Source: Camelus dromedarius (taxonomy: Eukaryota). Taken from it: a stretch of 64,000 nucleotides of DNA. Of the stretch, positions 1 to 13,269 are shown piece after piece (position 1 is the first letter of the stretch; every line of letters begins with the position of its first letter). A model generated the notes under the pieces. That model was not told the origin of the DNA. It searched no databases and saw nothing but the letters and a program-made list of their open reading frames with translations. Made by a program: the position numbers and the translations under genes. The stretch is from the NCBI RefSeq assembly GCF_036321535.1, contig NC_087436.1, positions 45,882,001 to 45,946,000 on the forward strand, given 5' to 3'.

Positions 1-994
1 TACGGTTTGGTTTTTTTTTTTTTTTGCAATTGCAGGAAAGTTGCCCAAGAACTTAGTGACATACGTGTATTATGGGGATGAAGTGAAACAGATTGGTTTT
101 AACTCTGTGTTTTAGCTCCTTTAAATTACTCAGCTGAACATGCAAAACATACCGAGAATTTTAAAGTCATGCTCTTTTAACTTAAGAATTGGTTTAAACA
201 TTCTTTTTTTCCTGCAAAGCTACAGAAAATAAATTGCGACCTTTGTATAGACTTTTGGTGTACTCTGTTGTTGAGAAAGAGTTCTGATAACTCTTCAAGA
301 AAATGATTCTATCAATACTTGATAGGAATTGTTTTCTCCCAGATACCAGTGATGCTGCCTCCTTATGGTTAGTTGCTATTAATATTATTATTTTGATTTA
401 GTTTTTTTTATAGTTTTTGACTTTGATTCTGTTTGAATCTGAGAACTTGTTCAGTGGCATTGTTGGTAATAATCACTCAGTATTTCAGGCAGAGATCTTT
501 CTTTTGAAACAGTTGACTTTTTTGAATGCTTAAATGTAATAATTCAGATAAAGTACTTGGACTTCTTGAAATTCAAAATAGTACTTGGGAGGTCATGTTT
601 CCAATAAAAGTGGACAAAGCCTGGGCCTAGTTAATTTAATACTTGGCAGCTCAAAATAATAGGGAACTTAATGACTTTAATGGTAAAACCAGATTGTATG
701 TAGGTGAATTTAAAAGGAACCTATGTCATGTAAAACTGTGATGCAGCCTGCTGCCTGTAATTCTTATAATAATTTCTAGTTTTCTGTTATTGGAAGGAAA
801 AAATGAGCTATATGTTGTATGCAATGAAGTGCTAAATATCATTCCTTCTTAAAATTGTGCCTAAATGTTACCACCGGTATTCAATCAGGAAGGATGTTTT
901 TGTCCTTGTGGAACTTATTAGGAGGCATAAGTGAATAACTTGAAGATGAAATGGTTGCCTTTCCTGAGGCAGATGCCATAGTTTTACTTAGTCA

Positions 995-1480
995 TCCCCA
1001 TTCATTAAACAAATATTTGAGTGCCTGTTATGTGTCAGGTGTTCCTACCAACTGGAGACTTGGCAGTGAACAAAACAGACAAAATTCCTGTCCATGGAGC
1101 TTACATTCTGGTGGGGAGAGACAGCAAATTGAAGAACAAGTAAAATTAGCCACGTCTGCAGTGTGTGTGGGTCTGAAGTGTGCCAGTGGCTTCTCAGTAA
1201 AGCAGGGGAAACAGCCGTGGCAGTGTTGGGAGGCAGGTTACTCTTTTAAATAGGTTGTTCAGGGAAGGCCTCACGGATAAGATAATACCTTAGAAGAAAT
1301 CTGAAATGGTGAAGGTGATACTGTGATGATCTAGGGGAAGAACAGTCCAGGCCGAGGGAACGGTGAGTGTAAAGGTCCCGAGGAGAAAGGCCAGTTGAGG
1401 ATGACTCTGAAGGGTTTGGCCTGAGCCAAAAGAAGAATGTAGTTGCCATTTACCAAGACAGGAAAGACTTGGATAATAAA
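995..1480. mobile_element. L2 LINE fragment
   Basis: L2 3'-end-like text (cattcattaaacaaatatttgagtgcctg...ggagcttacattct); boundaries approximate. Confidence 0.55.
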
Positions 1481-3551
1481 TTCATTATGAGCTAAGGGTT
1501 CTAGAGTTTATTTAGATTTAACATATCTCTGAATTATCTCTAAATGAATGGATACTATTTTTGTTAGAAAGGCCATTTTAATCTTTCCTTTTGCTTAATC
1601 CTCTTCTCTTCCACAAGCCTTACTAAATTTACTGTTTGGAGTTTTGAGCAAGGTCTCCAGCATAAAACACAAATGAACTTGAGAATTTAGGAGATGATGT
1701 GCTTCGGTGAAAATGTTGCTGTGGCTTAGTACGTACTGTCTGCTCATAGGACTGTGGTTTAAGTCACCATGGTTGATCATTCCAACATACAGAAAATTGT
1801 TCTTTAATTACCATTGCTTGAGAAGTGTCCCTGGAACACTGTTTCAGCCTTTCCTAGATTTTGAAATGTAAGTGACCAAATCAGAACCAAACAGAAACAG
1901 ACAAATCCCCAAACTAGAGGAGCATAGTGATTAAAGGGTGTTTAATAGTTGCAGTAAAGAGGTCAAAGGAGTCTTAAAAAAGAAAAAAAGACTTAATGGT
2001 AAAGAGAGGTGTTGGATTAAAGGACACAGACATGTTGCATTCAGTTATCTTTGCTCTATCGAGGGATCAGCATTATGGAGACTTGCTCTCTCTGACCATC
2101 CTCCCTAGGGCAGGAACAAGGCTTTATTGAGAGTGACATAAAGTTATTTAGGGGAACAAATTTGATGGTCACTACTTTCTTCTTAGCTTTTTTCTCCCTG
2201 ACAGAGAAAGTTTGAGGAAGAAAACTTTCTGATTTCTTTTGAAAAATAGAAGACAAAATTGACTTGTAAAATGTTTTTGGAATTAAGAAGAAGTCAATTC
2301 ATTCAATGATGGAAGTCTTAACAGGATCCCTTTGGCTGCTGTGCTGAGAATAAAAAGAGTCATGGGAGGTGGGGGAGCAAGAATGGAGGGAGAGTGACAG
2401 GTGCAGGAATTCACACAAAAAATGGTGGTGGTTTTGTCCAAGTTGGTAGCGATAAAAGTGGTGAGAAGTGTTTGGATTTGGGATATATTTAGGAGGAAGA
2501 GCCTAAAGGATTTGCTGATGGCTTAGAAGGAGGGTGTGCATTAGAGTAAAAAATGATTCCAAAGTTTTTAACCTAAATAATTGGAAGGATGGAGCTGCCA
2601 TTAACTGAAATGAGGGAGATCATGGAAAAAACAGCTTTTGACTTGTTAGGAAAAGTAATAGCATATTTGTATGCTTTTGAAAATGATTCAGTGGCTAGTA
2701 AAAACACTGATGAGGGAGAAAGGAAGGAGAATTATTTTAGTTATATCCTTAGGTAAGTGAGAGGAGTGTCCTTAGGTAAGTTCCAGTAATAAATAGAGAG
2801 GTTGGCCAAGAGCACAGATAACATATCCCTGTTAAGAGGAACAAAGGTAGAGGATATGGGCACAGAGGCCATTAGGTGGGTAATGTTCAAGTTCTCTTCT
2901 GATTGCCGTGGTTTTCTCAGTAAAGTAGGAATCAAGGTTATCACCTGAGAGGGAAGACAGGAGTTGAAGACTGGAGGAAAATGGGAACGTGAATGTACTA
3001 AAAAAAAAAACAAAAAAAACCAAAAAAACGAAGTAGCATAAGGGCCCTTTGGCGATCAATAATCAGGAATTTAAAGCCTCATGGGAAAGCAGGTTGGAAT
3101 TCTATACTGCGTCTCCTACAGAACTCAGTGCTAAGATCTTTCTGTGACTCAGCAGCCTTCCCCTTTTGCTTCTCATCTGTTTCAGTGTCTTTCAGGTGAA
3201 AGAAATTGCTGTTTGGAAGTATTTACATCAAATTAAGACAGATATGTAGAAAAGAGCTGTCATTGTCTCAGTCCAGGTGACTCTTTAGATTTTGACTGCC
3301 CATACAGATAATAACACATAAAGCATCAAGAGAAGAGCAGTTGCTTAAATCAAAAAGTGAAATCAGTAATATTTCCATGTAGTCATGCATAGTGGATTTG
3401 GTTTGTTTTTAAAATTCTTTTTCCCAATCTCATTTTTTTCTTAGCTTTCTGTATATCTGTTTACAAATTTTAGGAGACAGTGGCCCGGACACATGGATTT
3501 TGGGTTTGACTCTGATGTTGTTTCTTCTATTACTGAGTTTTTGCTTGCTTG

Positions 3552-3912
3552 TGTATTAGTCTGCTCAGGCTGCTATAACAAAATACCATACACTAGGTTA
3601 TTTAAACAACAAGAATTTATTTCTTACAGTTCTGAAGGCTGGAAAGCCCAAGATCAAGGTTTGACCAACACTTTCCTATAGTGAGGGCTCTCTTCCTGGC
3701 CTGCAGACAGCTGTCTTCTTACATGGTGAGGGGAGGGGAATTCGGGGAGAACAAGTTCTCTGGTACCTCTTCTTATAAAGGTACTGATCCCATCATGAGG
3801 GCCCTACCCTTGTGACCTCACCTAAGCCTAATTACTGGCCTCATCACCAAATACATCGAGACTTAGGGCTTCAGTGTATGAATTTTGGGGGGACATGGTT
3901 CAATTCATAGCA
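3552..3912. mobile_element. MaLR (MLT1/MST-like) solo LTR
   Basis: tgtattagtctgctcaggctgctataacaaaatacca...agttctgaaggctggaaagcccaagatcaagg...caattcatagca, typical MaLR text with TG...CA ends. Confidence 0.75.
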
Positions 3913-4144
3913 CTTTGTAAAAACTTGCACCAATAGAAGTGCTAATTTTTCAATGTTCTGCAGCTTATAACACCATTTACAATGACATTTAAAATGATAT
4001 TAATACATTTGTAATCTTGTATCCATATCAACTTAATCTTTAACAAAAAACTTTCTATTTAACTTGTTCAGAAATAATTATTTCAAAATACAGGTGAATT
4101 TGAAACACATTATTTTATTCTTTTTATTTATTTATTTACTTTAG

Positions 4145-4895
4145 AGAACCTATCTTTTTTTTAACTGGAATACAGTCAGTTACAATGTGTCAACTTCTGG
4201 TGTACAGCACAATGTCCCAGTCATGCATGTACATACATATATTCTTTTTCATTAAAGGTTACTGCAAGATACTGAATATAGTTCCCTGTGCTATAGAGAA
4301 GAAACCTTTTTTAAAATCTATTTTTGTATATAGTGGTATAGTTCCCTGTGCTATAGGAAAGAAACCTTTTTTAAAATCTATTTTTATATATAGTGGCTAA
4401 CATTTGCAAATCTCAAACTCCCAAATTTATCCCTTCCCACCTCTTTCCCCAGTAACCATAAGATTGTTCACTGTGTCTGTGAGTTTGTTTTGCAGATGAG
4501 TTCAGTGTCCTTTTTTTCTTTTCTTAAATTCCACATATAAGTGATATCATATGGTATTTTTCTTTCTATTTCTGGCTTACTTCACTTAGAATGACGATCT
4601 CTGAGTCTATCCATGTTGCTGCAAATGGCATTGTTTTATTCTTTTTTATGACTGAGCAGTATTCCATTGTATAAATATACCACAACTTCTTTATCCAGTC
4701 ATCTGTCGATGGACATTTAGGTTGCTTCCATGTCTTGGCTAGTGTAACTAGTGCTGATGTGAACATGGGGTGCAACATCTTTTTGAATTAGAGTTCCTTC
4801 CCAGATATATGCCCAGGAGTGGGATTGTTGGATCATATGGTAAGCCTATTTTTTAGTTTTTTGAGGAATCTCCATACTGTTTTCATAATGGCTCA
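4145..4895 (-). mobile_element. L1 3' end (ORF2 C-terminus and 3' UTR)
   Basis: ORF 4566..4778(-) gives ...[26 protein letters not shown]...PFAATW, the L1 ORF2 C-terminus; poly-T at the left end. Confidence 0.9.
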
Positions 4896-6779
4896 ACTAA
4901 AACAGTTTAAAATATTTCAGGAAACTACTCCATTTTCTGTGTTCCTCCCTCAACTCCCCCATGGGTAGAGAATATTTTAATCTCAGCAAGGAATGTTTCT
5001 CATCCTGTAAGTTCCTGGAAGGTGCCTGCTTTGTGCCAGGCATCTTCTAAGTGAGCAAGACAAAATTCCTGTCTTCATAGAAACTGACTAATTATGTTAG
5101 TTTGGTTAATAAATGTTAGAAGAATAAAACCAGCCAAGGGTGTATGGACTGGATATGGAAGGGAAGGGGCACTATATTAGATGGAGTGAGCAGGGAAGGC
5201 CTCTGGGGAACTGATATTAGTAGGTTCCTTCAAAAGAAACAGAAAACAAACACGTGGCCCTTTTGCCACTTACACTAGGGAGCCAGTTTTACCAGCATTT
5301 ATTTCATGGTGTTATTAACCCAGTATTTCAAGTACAGTTGATCTTGGTTTTTTGTTACTTCATTTTATCAGCTTCTGTCTTAGGACAGCTATAAGCACTG
5401 GCCCTGTTTGAGACTAGTGCTTCTTCCATCCTCGTGCCTCCATTTTCGCTTTTGCCAGCTGATTTTCTCTGTGCTATCTCTGTTCCTCCTTATTCTCCTG
5501 CAGTGGGCATGTTTTGTATTTCCTGTCTTCATTTGCTTCATATCATTCTCATTCAAAGATAATTATCTTCCACAAAATGAGAAAATATATAGATATATTA
5601 ATACATGCACACACACACCACTATCATTACACACATCAAAATGTTCAAAAGTGTTTTTATAGACTCGAAATCAAAGAAACTCCGTGGATTTGTATAAAGT
5701 ACAGAGGGAAGGGAAATAGAAGTGCTACTATGTATGAAATACAGCATTGAGAGAAATCGCTTTCTTATTAGAAAGAAAAAATGCAGACACTTGAGAAGAG
5801 GAGATTAGAAATCCACATACCTTTAAAACTCAATGTCTGTATGAATTGTCTGAGAGTGATAATCTTTGATCTTCTTGGAAAACGGATGGGTGGCAGCAAT
5901 GGAGACTGGCAGGGGGAAGGTACAGGGTATCCAAAAAGTTCAAAACAGGGTGAACAGTTTGTTAGTTACATTTTAAATATGTGTTGCTTCAACCTCCAGA
6001 CACCTTTTAAGGTGATATACTTCTAAGTTTAAAGCAAAAAGTCTGATTGTTAACCTAAAAAAAATGTACAGTAAATACACTACTTTTCCTGTGTCCAGAC
6101 CTTTTGAACACTCTTTGACATATTTATTGTACTTTTTTCAGATTATAAATTTGACCTTCTTAATATCTCATGCTAGATGAGTTTCTGAACGTATTAGGCA
6201 GTTGATTGTTAAAACTCTTGACAAGAGAGAGTTTTGTGATGAAGCTTCAAGGAACTTGAATGGCTTCCCTGAGGATATAATGTTGATCCAGCCTCCCTAC
6301 CTTTCAGTGAAGAGGTTTCTAGTGTGGTAGGGCAAAGAAAACTGAAGATCAAATGCCCGGTTTCTCTTTGCTACTGGGAAAAGGAAAATAAGAATTGCCG
6401 CAGTTCTTAGTCACCTGAAAAAAAGATTTTTGACGAGAGACAAAAAACATGATATAAACAAGATTTTTGTTAGTGAAGTAAAAAAAGTAGTGAAAGATTG
6501 TACACTCCTGAGAGTTGGGAGTGAGCCAATCCAAGAGAGGAAAAATGGTGCTGCTTCCTCCTTCCTCCTGTTTTTATATCCTGGTTTTGTGATTGATTGA
6601 TTGATCGGTTGACAACTCAAGTTCCCTGTGTTCTGGTTGATTAACAGCTCAGGTTCCTTGTGTTCTGGATTGTTCTTTCCTCTTCTTCTCCCCCTGCCCA
6701 GTACTCACTTCTATCTAAACTACGTGACATTTTGATACTCCCATCAGAAGTGTAAGCTGGATAAAACTTGATGTAGATG

Positions 6780-6923
6780 GGGAGAGAGTATAGCTTGATG
6801 GTAGAGCACGTGCTTAGCGTGCACAAGGTCCTGGGTTCAATCCCCAGCACTGCCATTAAAATAAATAAATAAACCTAATTACCTTCCCCTTCACTCCCAC
6901 CCCCCCAAAAAAAACAATAAATG
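6780..6923 (+). mobile_element. tRNA-Ala-derived SINE (camelid vic-1-like) with 16-bp TSD
   Basis: GGGGAGAGAGTATAGCTTGATGGTAGAGC...GGTTCAATCCCCAGCAC plus A-rich tail; TSD aaacttgatgtagatg at 6764-6779 and 6924-6939. Confidence 0.9.
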
Positions 6924-7539
6924 AAACTTGATGTAGATGAAGTCACAGCTGGCTAAGTAGTCTACCCAAAGATTTGGACTAATGATGTTATGGCTGCTTG
7001 TAGAGAGGACATCCTTAGCAGGGTGTTGCCGACCTCTGTCCTGGTTAGTATCAATGTCTCAAGTTTGTGAATATCTGGGCATAACTAGTAACACTGGGTG
7101 AATACCTCTAGGTTTAAAATGTGTTGAACAATCCTGACAGATGAACTAAAACTAATGAGATAGAATTTTATAATCTAGTATTTAGACTTAAAAACTAAAT
7201 GGCAGAAGTGCTGAGTAGATGTTAAAAAGTTCATTTTAGAAAGGACTGATGGTTTTTTCCTACTGTCTAATGTATCTTAGCGCTGAGACATAGCTGAAAC
7301 CTATACTGACTATCTTGGGCTGTATTAGTACCAGTACTTTACCCAGACCAAAGTAGGCCCATTGTTCCTAATGGTGTTCACTTTGGGGTGCCATGTTCTG
7401 GATGTGACAGACTGGAAGTGATCAGTCTTTGGAAGCTAATAAATGCTCACCAAACTCAGAAGAGACTGAAGGGTAAACAGCAGTACCACTTTATTTATCA
7501 TGAGTATTATAACTGCCATGGAGATTAGCCTTCCAATTT

Positions 7540-8430
7540 TCTTTTCATTCATTCAGCAGCAAATATTTATTGAAAACCTAACCATATGCCAGACACTGTC
7601 CTATGCATTGGGGGTACAAAACAGACAAAAATTACTGCCCTTAAAGAATTTATATTTTAGTATGGAGAGACAGATAAAAAAATAAGTAGGTTGGGATGTA
7701 ATATGTTAGAAGGTCATGTGTGCTATAAATGATGTGGTCAGAAAAGGCATTGCTAGAAGATGAAGGAGTGAGTATGTAGATGTCAGGACGAAGAGTGTCT
7801 ACCTAGAGGAAGAGCAGGTTCTGTGGCACTGAGGCAAGAGCAGACCTGTAGTGTCTGTGGAATGGCAGAGAGGTCAGATGGAATGGAGTGAGGAAGGAAG
7901 AAGAGGAGACAGAGTAGTAAGATGAGGTCAGAGAAGTCCTGGGATTGGGGGCAGATTATATAGGGCTTATAGGCACTAAACGGACTTTGACTTTTATTCT
8001 GAATAAAATGAGAAGCCATTGGAGGGGTTTTTGCAGAGGAAGGATTTGATCCAACATGTATTTTGATAGGCTTACTCAAGTTCAGTGTTGAGCTTGGACT
8101 GTAACTGGAGGTGGCGTTGGGTGGGGAAACCAAAGCAGGGAGACTGCTTAGGTTATGGCAATAATCTGTGGAGGCTTAGAGCAGGATGGCAGCACTGGAG
8201 GTGGTGAGAAGTGGTTAGAGTCTGAATATTTTGAAGGTAGAGTCAGCGGGACATGCTGTTGAGTTGGATGTGGGGTATAAGGGAATGGGAGAGCTAAAGA
8301 TGGCTGAGGTTTTTTTCCCTGAGCACCTGGAAGGATGGAGTTGCTGTTGCCTAGGAAGAGGGAACTGTGGATGGAGCAGCTTTGGGGGTGAACGGAGGGA
8401 CATCTTAAGTTTGAGATGCCCGTTAGATAC
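7540..8430. mobile_element. L2 LINE fragment
   Basis: ttcattcattcagcagcaaatatttattga...; purine-rich L2-like body; boundaries approximate. Confidence 0.6.
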
Positions 8431-10015
8431 TAAAGTATCTATATATCATATCTATATGACTATCCTCTCTCTGTAGCCCTTTGAAGTGGAAAGCCAACTC
8501 ATGAAGAGTTTTCCTAAGAGTGAAGGACTGAAAGCAGGAGTTGAAGGATCACAGTGACTTATCTGTGATCTTCATCTTCCAGCGGCCCAGAAACAACCCT
8601 CCTTTTGGGCAGTGCTAGAGAAACTTGTCATTGGCACCTCTTTTCTAGATCCATCATAACCATTCCCTTTTGTACAGTCGTTCTTCAGACTGGGTAGAGC
8701 AGGTTATAGCTTTGTGTCTCCACGGGGTTGTGCTCTCTTGAGGCTGTACTGGGTCACCTCAGTTGAGCATGTGAGTCTTAGCAACTTAAATCATTTTTAG
8801 GTCATTACTTTGAGTGGGTTACTTATTTTGATGGCTGATTTCTGGAAGGGTTGCTTTTTTTCTCCTCATTTTATGGTTGGAGGGTAAACTTACCTTTATG
8901 TTTCCTAGTAATGCTAATTGAATGAAAGCTGGTAGAATACTTTGTGTCTCTCCTAAGGATCCGACTCCGGGTGATATTTGGAATAATTGGGGATATTCTA
9001 TTGGTAGAAGTAAAGATAGATGGTAGTCCCAGACGTTGGAAAGGATCATCATGTAAAATAAAGAATTGGCTTGTTCTGTATTCCCCAGGGGTGCAGAGGA
9101 TTACTTACAGGTAGAATTTACAAGAAAAAGAGAAGAACTTAAACGGTTAGTGCCATTCCATAATGGAACAGGCTATTTCTTAACACTGTAGGAGGATTGT
9201 GGGGAAATTCAGACTGTTTGGTATATTGAGGTGATTTCTATATTACATGAGGAGAGAGATTTCTGAGATACCTTCCAGCATTTAAGATTGCTTTAATAAT
9301 GTCATCTTTCTCCTTGTTTTTGAACCATTGGTGCTGTTAAGGAGAGTATAACTGGAGTAATAAAGTTTACCAAGCTATCTTTATTCCTTGCCTTTTCCCT
9401 TGGCTGGCAGAGGAGTATGTTTGTGCAGTGGTTGGTTGGATCTGGGTAGAATGTGTGGTCCTGTAATGTCTTACAATGGTATTAAGGTAATTAAATGATC
9501 AGATGACTTTGTTTTCCTTAGCGTTAGGCTCTAGTTAATGGTTATTGAGGCTTGTGTGCAGTGGAACATTGTGAGATTAGGAAGATACAGTTCTTGCCCT
9601 ATAGGTTTTAATCTAAAAATGTAAGTGTTAGAATGTACAGGAAAATAGGGTAGATTTATCTTTCATACTGTGGACCCAGTTTGGCATGTAAACTCTGAAA
9701 TCAACAGAAGTCCAGAGTAAGCTTTTATATGTTTGTATGGTGTAGGCTTACGGATATAATGACATTTTATGAACCACCATAGCATTTTAGGAACTGCCAT
9801 ATACGTATATACATTTGTATGTTTTATTATAGAAGTAAAAATGATTTAGTAGACAAATTAGCATTCTTAATGCTTATTCTAATAAACATATATTTACTTT
9901 TGTCAGCATAGAAATAGTAAATATTTTCAAGGCTAGTCTAGCACATTGTAGACCTTTTTGTGCATGTATTTTCTATCATATTTGAAAATTAATTATACCA
10001 TTTATATTTTTATAG

Positions 10016-10092
10016 GATCTAAGCCTTTCCCACGTTACGGATATAAACCTTCCCCGCCAAATGGATGTGGCTCCCCACTATTTGGTGTTCAT
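10016..10092 (+). CDS. PLA2G12A: Group XIIA sPLA2, coding exon 2
   Basis: tttttatag|GATCT...GTTCAT|gtaaat; encodes (G)SKPFPRYGYKPSPPNGCGSPLFGVH with the NGCG Ca2+-loop motif. Not in the ORF track. Confidence 0.95.
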
Positions 10093-11150
10093 GTAAATAT
10101 TATTTTCTGTTTGATAAATTTTATGATTGGTACGTAATACTCTTGATAATGCAAGACATCAATGTGTTCTCAGGGTCACAAATAATTGTGCTTGTTGTAA
10201 TAGTTATCAGGCTTATTATATTCTTTAATAGCTAAAACACATTTAATGAGTTCTAATGAAACTAAATGGAGTAAAAGTCATTTTTTTTAATATTGTAGTT
10301 GTTAATACCACTTAAATGACATTTCCTCACGTCACAAACATGATTGAAAAGTTTGGGGTATAGAAGTTAATACTACTTAGGATGAAAATGTATAGATAAA
10401 GTGTAATATTTTCTGTATTAAAACTGGGTTCAATTGGATAGCTGTGTGTTTGTTGTGGGGGAGGCTGAATCTGAGCCAGTAGTTTGGGGAAAAAAATATT
10501 TTATGAAAGTGATTCCTACACAATGTTGTAAAATGATTATAAATCAATAAAAAATGTTAAAAAAAGTGATTCCTAGACACAAGGGTTTTGCATATAAAGT
10601 TACTTAAAATAATTAAAGATAAGTTACAGATTCGAAGGAATAGTATCTTTATGGAATGGATGAACTTGTAAAGATTAAACCACAAAAAAAAATTGAGTTG
10701 TAGAAGTGTAAAAGTTGTCAGTGACATTTCATATATAGTACATTTTGTGGGGGGAGGAGGCATAAAATACTTAGGAATATCCCAAAATTGTACTTGCCTA
10801 GTCCCTGGAGAAATCTTTTAAAGGTCTTAGCTTTATCTTTCTGTTTTTAAAACTATGTTTTAGACACTTGGAAGCTGTGTTTCTTTACCAGCCAAAGACT
10901 GAATATTCTAACATTGCAAAATAGGGAGCTTTGAGGCATGGCTAAGAGGGAGACGATGGAGTGACATGGGTGGGTGCAGGTGAGAGTAATGGAGAGATGT
11001 TTAACCTGGAAAACATTTGTAGGCAGAAACTAACTTTGAAAATTATCTGTACAACAATCATTGTCTTTGATTTCTAAGTCTCTTTGAATTCACTACTTCA
11101 GAGAAGGTTTGAATTTCATCAACAATCATCCATCCAAATGCCTCTTTCAG

Positions 11151-11316
11151 CTGAACATTGGCATCCCTTCCCTGACAAAGTGCTGCAACCAACACGACAG
11201 GTGCTATGAGACCTGCGGCAAAAGCAAAAACGACTGTGATGAGGAGTTCCAGTCTTGCCTCTCCAAGATCTGCCGAGATGTGCAGAAAACACTAGGACTA
11301 GCTCAGCATGTTCAGG
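11151..11316 (+). CDS. PLA2G12A: Group XIIA sPLA2, coding exon 3 (catalytic CCxxHDxCY motif)
   Basis: ctctttcag|CTGAAC...GTTCAGG|gtaagg; LNIGIPSLTKCCNQHDRCYETCGKSKNDCDEEFQSCLSKICRDVQKTLGLAQHVQ; lies within ORF 11109..11345. Confidence 0.97.
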
Positions 11317-11689
11317 GTAAGGCTGATTCGGTGGGATGGGGATGAGTGCGATTTGTAAAATTTCAGTGGATGCTTTCTGTGCTAGTACAGGATTTACCAA
11401 CAGAAATCTTTCTCTGTGTATTACCTTATCTCTTGTGACACAGCCCCTTCACTTTTCTGAGATGAGGAGTCGGTGATTTTGTCATATAAAATGATTTACA
11501 GTTATGGAAATAAGTGTTAGGAAACCTTGGGGGAGGGTGTGTGAGGCAGGGAAGAATTCATCTAAGATCTATGCCCTGCCTAAAGTGTGAGACTCTAGAT
11601 CCAGTGAGTTCTGGAGTGTAGCACATTGGATCTGGAGGAGGAAGTTCTAGAAGATCTGAGTCTTAACTCTGTCTCTTCATATGTATCAG

Positions 11690-11826
11690 TGTCGGGAAGG
11701 TCCCCCAGAACTACCCCCAGGCTCAGTGATTTGCTAAGAGGACTCGCAGGACTCAGCATGTAGTCATACTCACCGTGATGATTGTGGCAGTGAAGGGGTA
11801 CAGAGCCAAGTCAGCAAAGGGAAAAC
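11690..11826. mobile_element. ERV LTR fragment (MER21-like) interrupting a MIR
   Basis: cccccaggctcagtgatttgctaagaggactcgcaggactcagc...agtcagcaaagggaaaa resembles MER21; MIR-like text on both sides. Confidence 0.5.
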
Positions 11827-12293
11827 ATGTCTCAGTGTCCTCATTTACAAAATGAGAACGATAATAACCGTCTCATAGAGCTGTCATAAGGGTAAAGTGA
11901 AGTATTTGTCGAAATATGAACTGCTGTACAAATACTAGTTGTTAACAAGATTTCTTTACTGACAAACCAAACAATGAACTGAAATTGGAAGAGGAAGGGC
12001 AATGAGAAAGGGGTAGGAAAGGAAACTACCATTTTTAAGCACTTCCAATAAGATACTGTGCTAGATGCTTGAGACTTGTTTTCATGGATCTTCACAAAAT
12101 ACCCTAATAGTAGTAGTTGGCATTATACCCATTTTTCAAGGAAGGAAACTGAGGTTCAGAAAGAAGTAACTTGTCCCAAATTACACTCTTTTGACTCTAA
12201 AACTTGTATTCTATCTACTTCCTCAAATAGTCTCATAGGTTTTATTCTGAAGTCCTAGTAATAACTAGGAAGTAATAACAAGAAAGAAATCTC

Positions 12294-12329
12294 TGCTCCA
12301 GATGAGGCTTGAACTCACAGCCTCTGAAT
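12294..12329 (-). pseudogene. Decayed 3' half of a tRNA-Ile(TAT)-like gene
   Basis: Minus strand ATTCAGAGGCTGTGAGTTCAAGCCTCATCTGGAGCA resembles the tRNA-Ile-TAT 3' exon as I recall it (ATGCCGAGGTTGTGAGTTCGAGCCTCACCTGGAGCA); 5' half not recognisable. Confidence 0.6.
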
Positions 12330-13269
12330 CCCTTTGAATGCTTGGCTGAAGCATAGATAGATGGATTTCCTCTCTAAGGACATACTAGTGTTGCCAAATG
12401 GTGAAACCAGTTTCCTTCAGTCTCCTGTTTAATAATCATAACCTCTGCACTTCTGTGGTTGACTATATTCCTTAATGGCACAGTCTTTTGGAAACCTTTG
12501 AAAATGCCAAGCTTTTGTAATGAAAAGTTTCTTTTTTAACATGAATATTAGAAACTATAGTAAGTATTTGGATGTCTAAAAGCCACTCTACGCTATGTCT
12601 CTAAGTATAACATATTAAGATAATCTTACCTGGGTATTCCAGGTCTCTTAGAGTTAGAAAAATAATCTGTTATCTTTTTTATAGCCTTTCAAAAAATTTT
12701 AAAAACCCTACGAGAAGAAAAACACCTTTGATTCCTTTGTCTCCCCTCCAAAGCTAAATTTGGATATTGATCAAAGAAAGAGACCGGGGTTCATTTACTT
12801 TAAGCATCTTAAATGATGTGTTTAAAGTAAAAGCACAAATAAAAAATTGGCCTTAATATTTTGAGGTTTTTCTGTTTTTAACCGTTATTTCTTCTGCACC
12901 TAAAAATCATTCCTTAAAATGCAAACTTAAGAGTGCTGTCAGGCATCTCTATTGGTGATAATTTTCAGATAAAAGGAAAATTAACCATGATGAACTGATC
13001 AATGCTTTTGAGACTCATTTGTCTAGTACGAAAAGTTGGGTTAACCAGTTGCATGCAAACAAAAGGTAGGGACAGGTAGAGATGCTGAAGCTGAAAGGCT
13101 TTGTGTATATAGGCTACTAGTTTGTGAAGGTTTGGGAAGACTTCCACCTAAGATAGATTTAAGTGCCCACCAAGGCTGTGCTTGAGACTCTGCTGAAACA
13201 TGTGGTATGTGTGAGAGAGAGTGATGCTCTGCAGTTGCCCGGCAGTGATGTCACTCTCTTACCTTGCAG

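Noticed and set aside
6780..6860. tRNA-Ala-like sequences here and at 21170, 39597, 49641 and 54200
   Set aside because: They have SINE bodies, A-rich tails and in several cases TSDs, with disrupted acceptor stems; they are SINEs, not tRNA genes.
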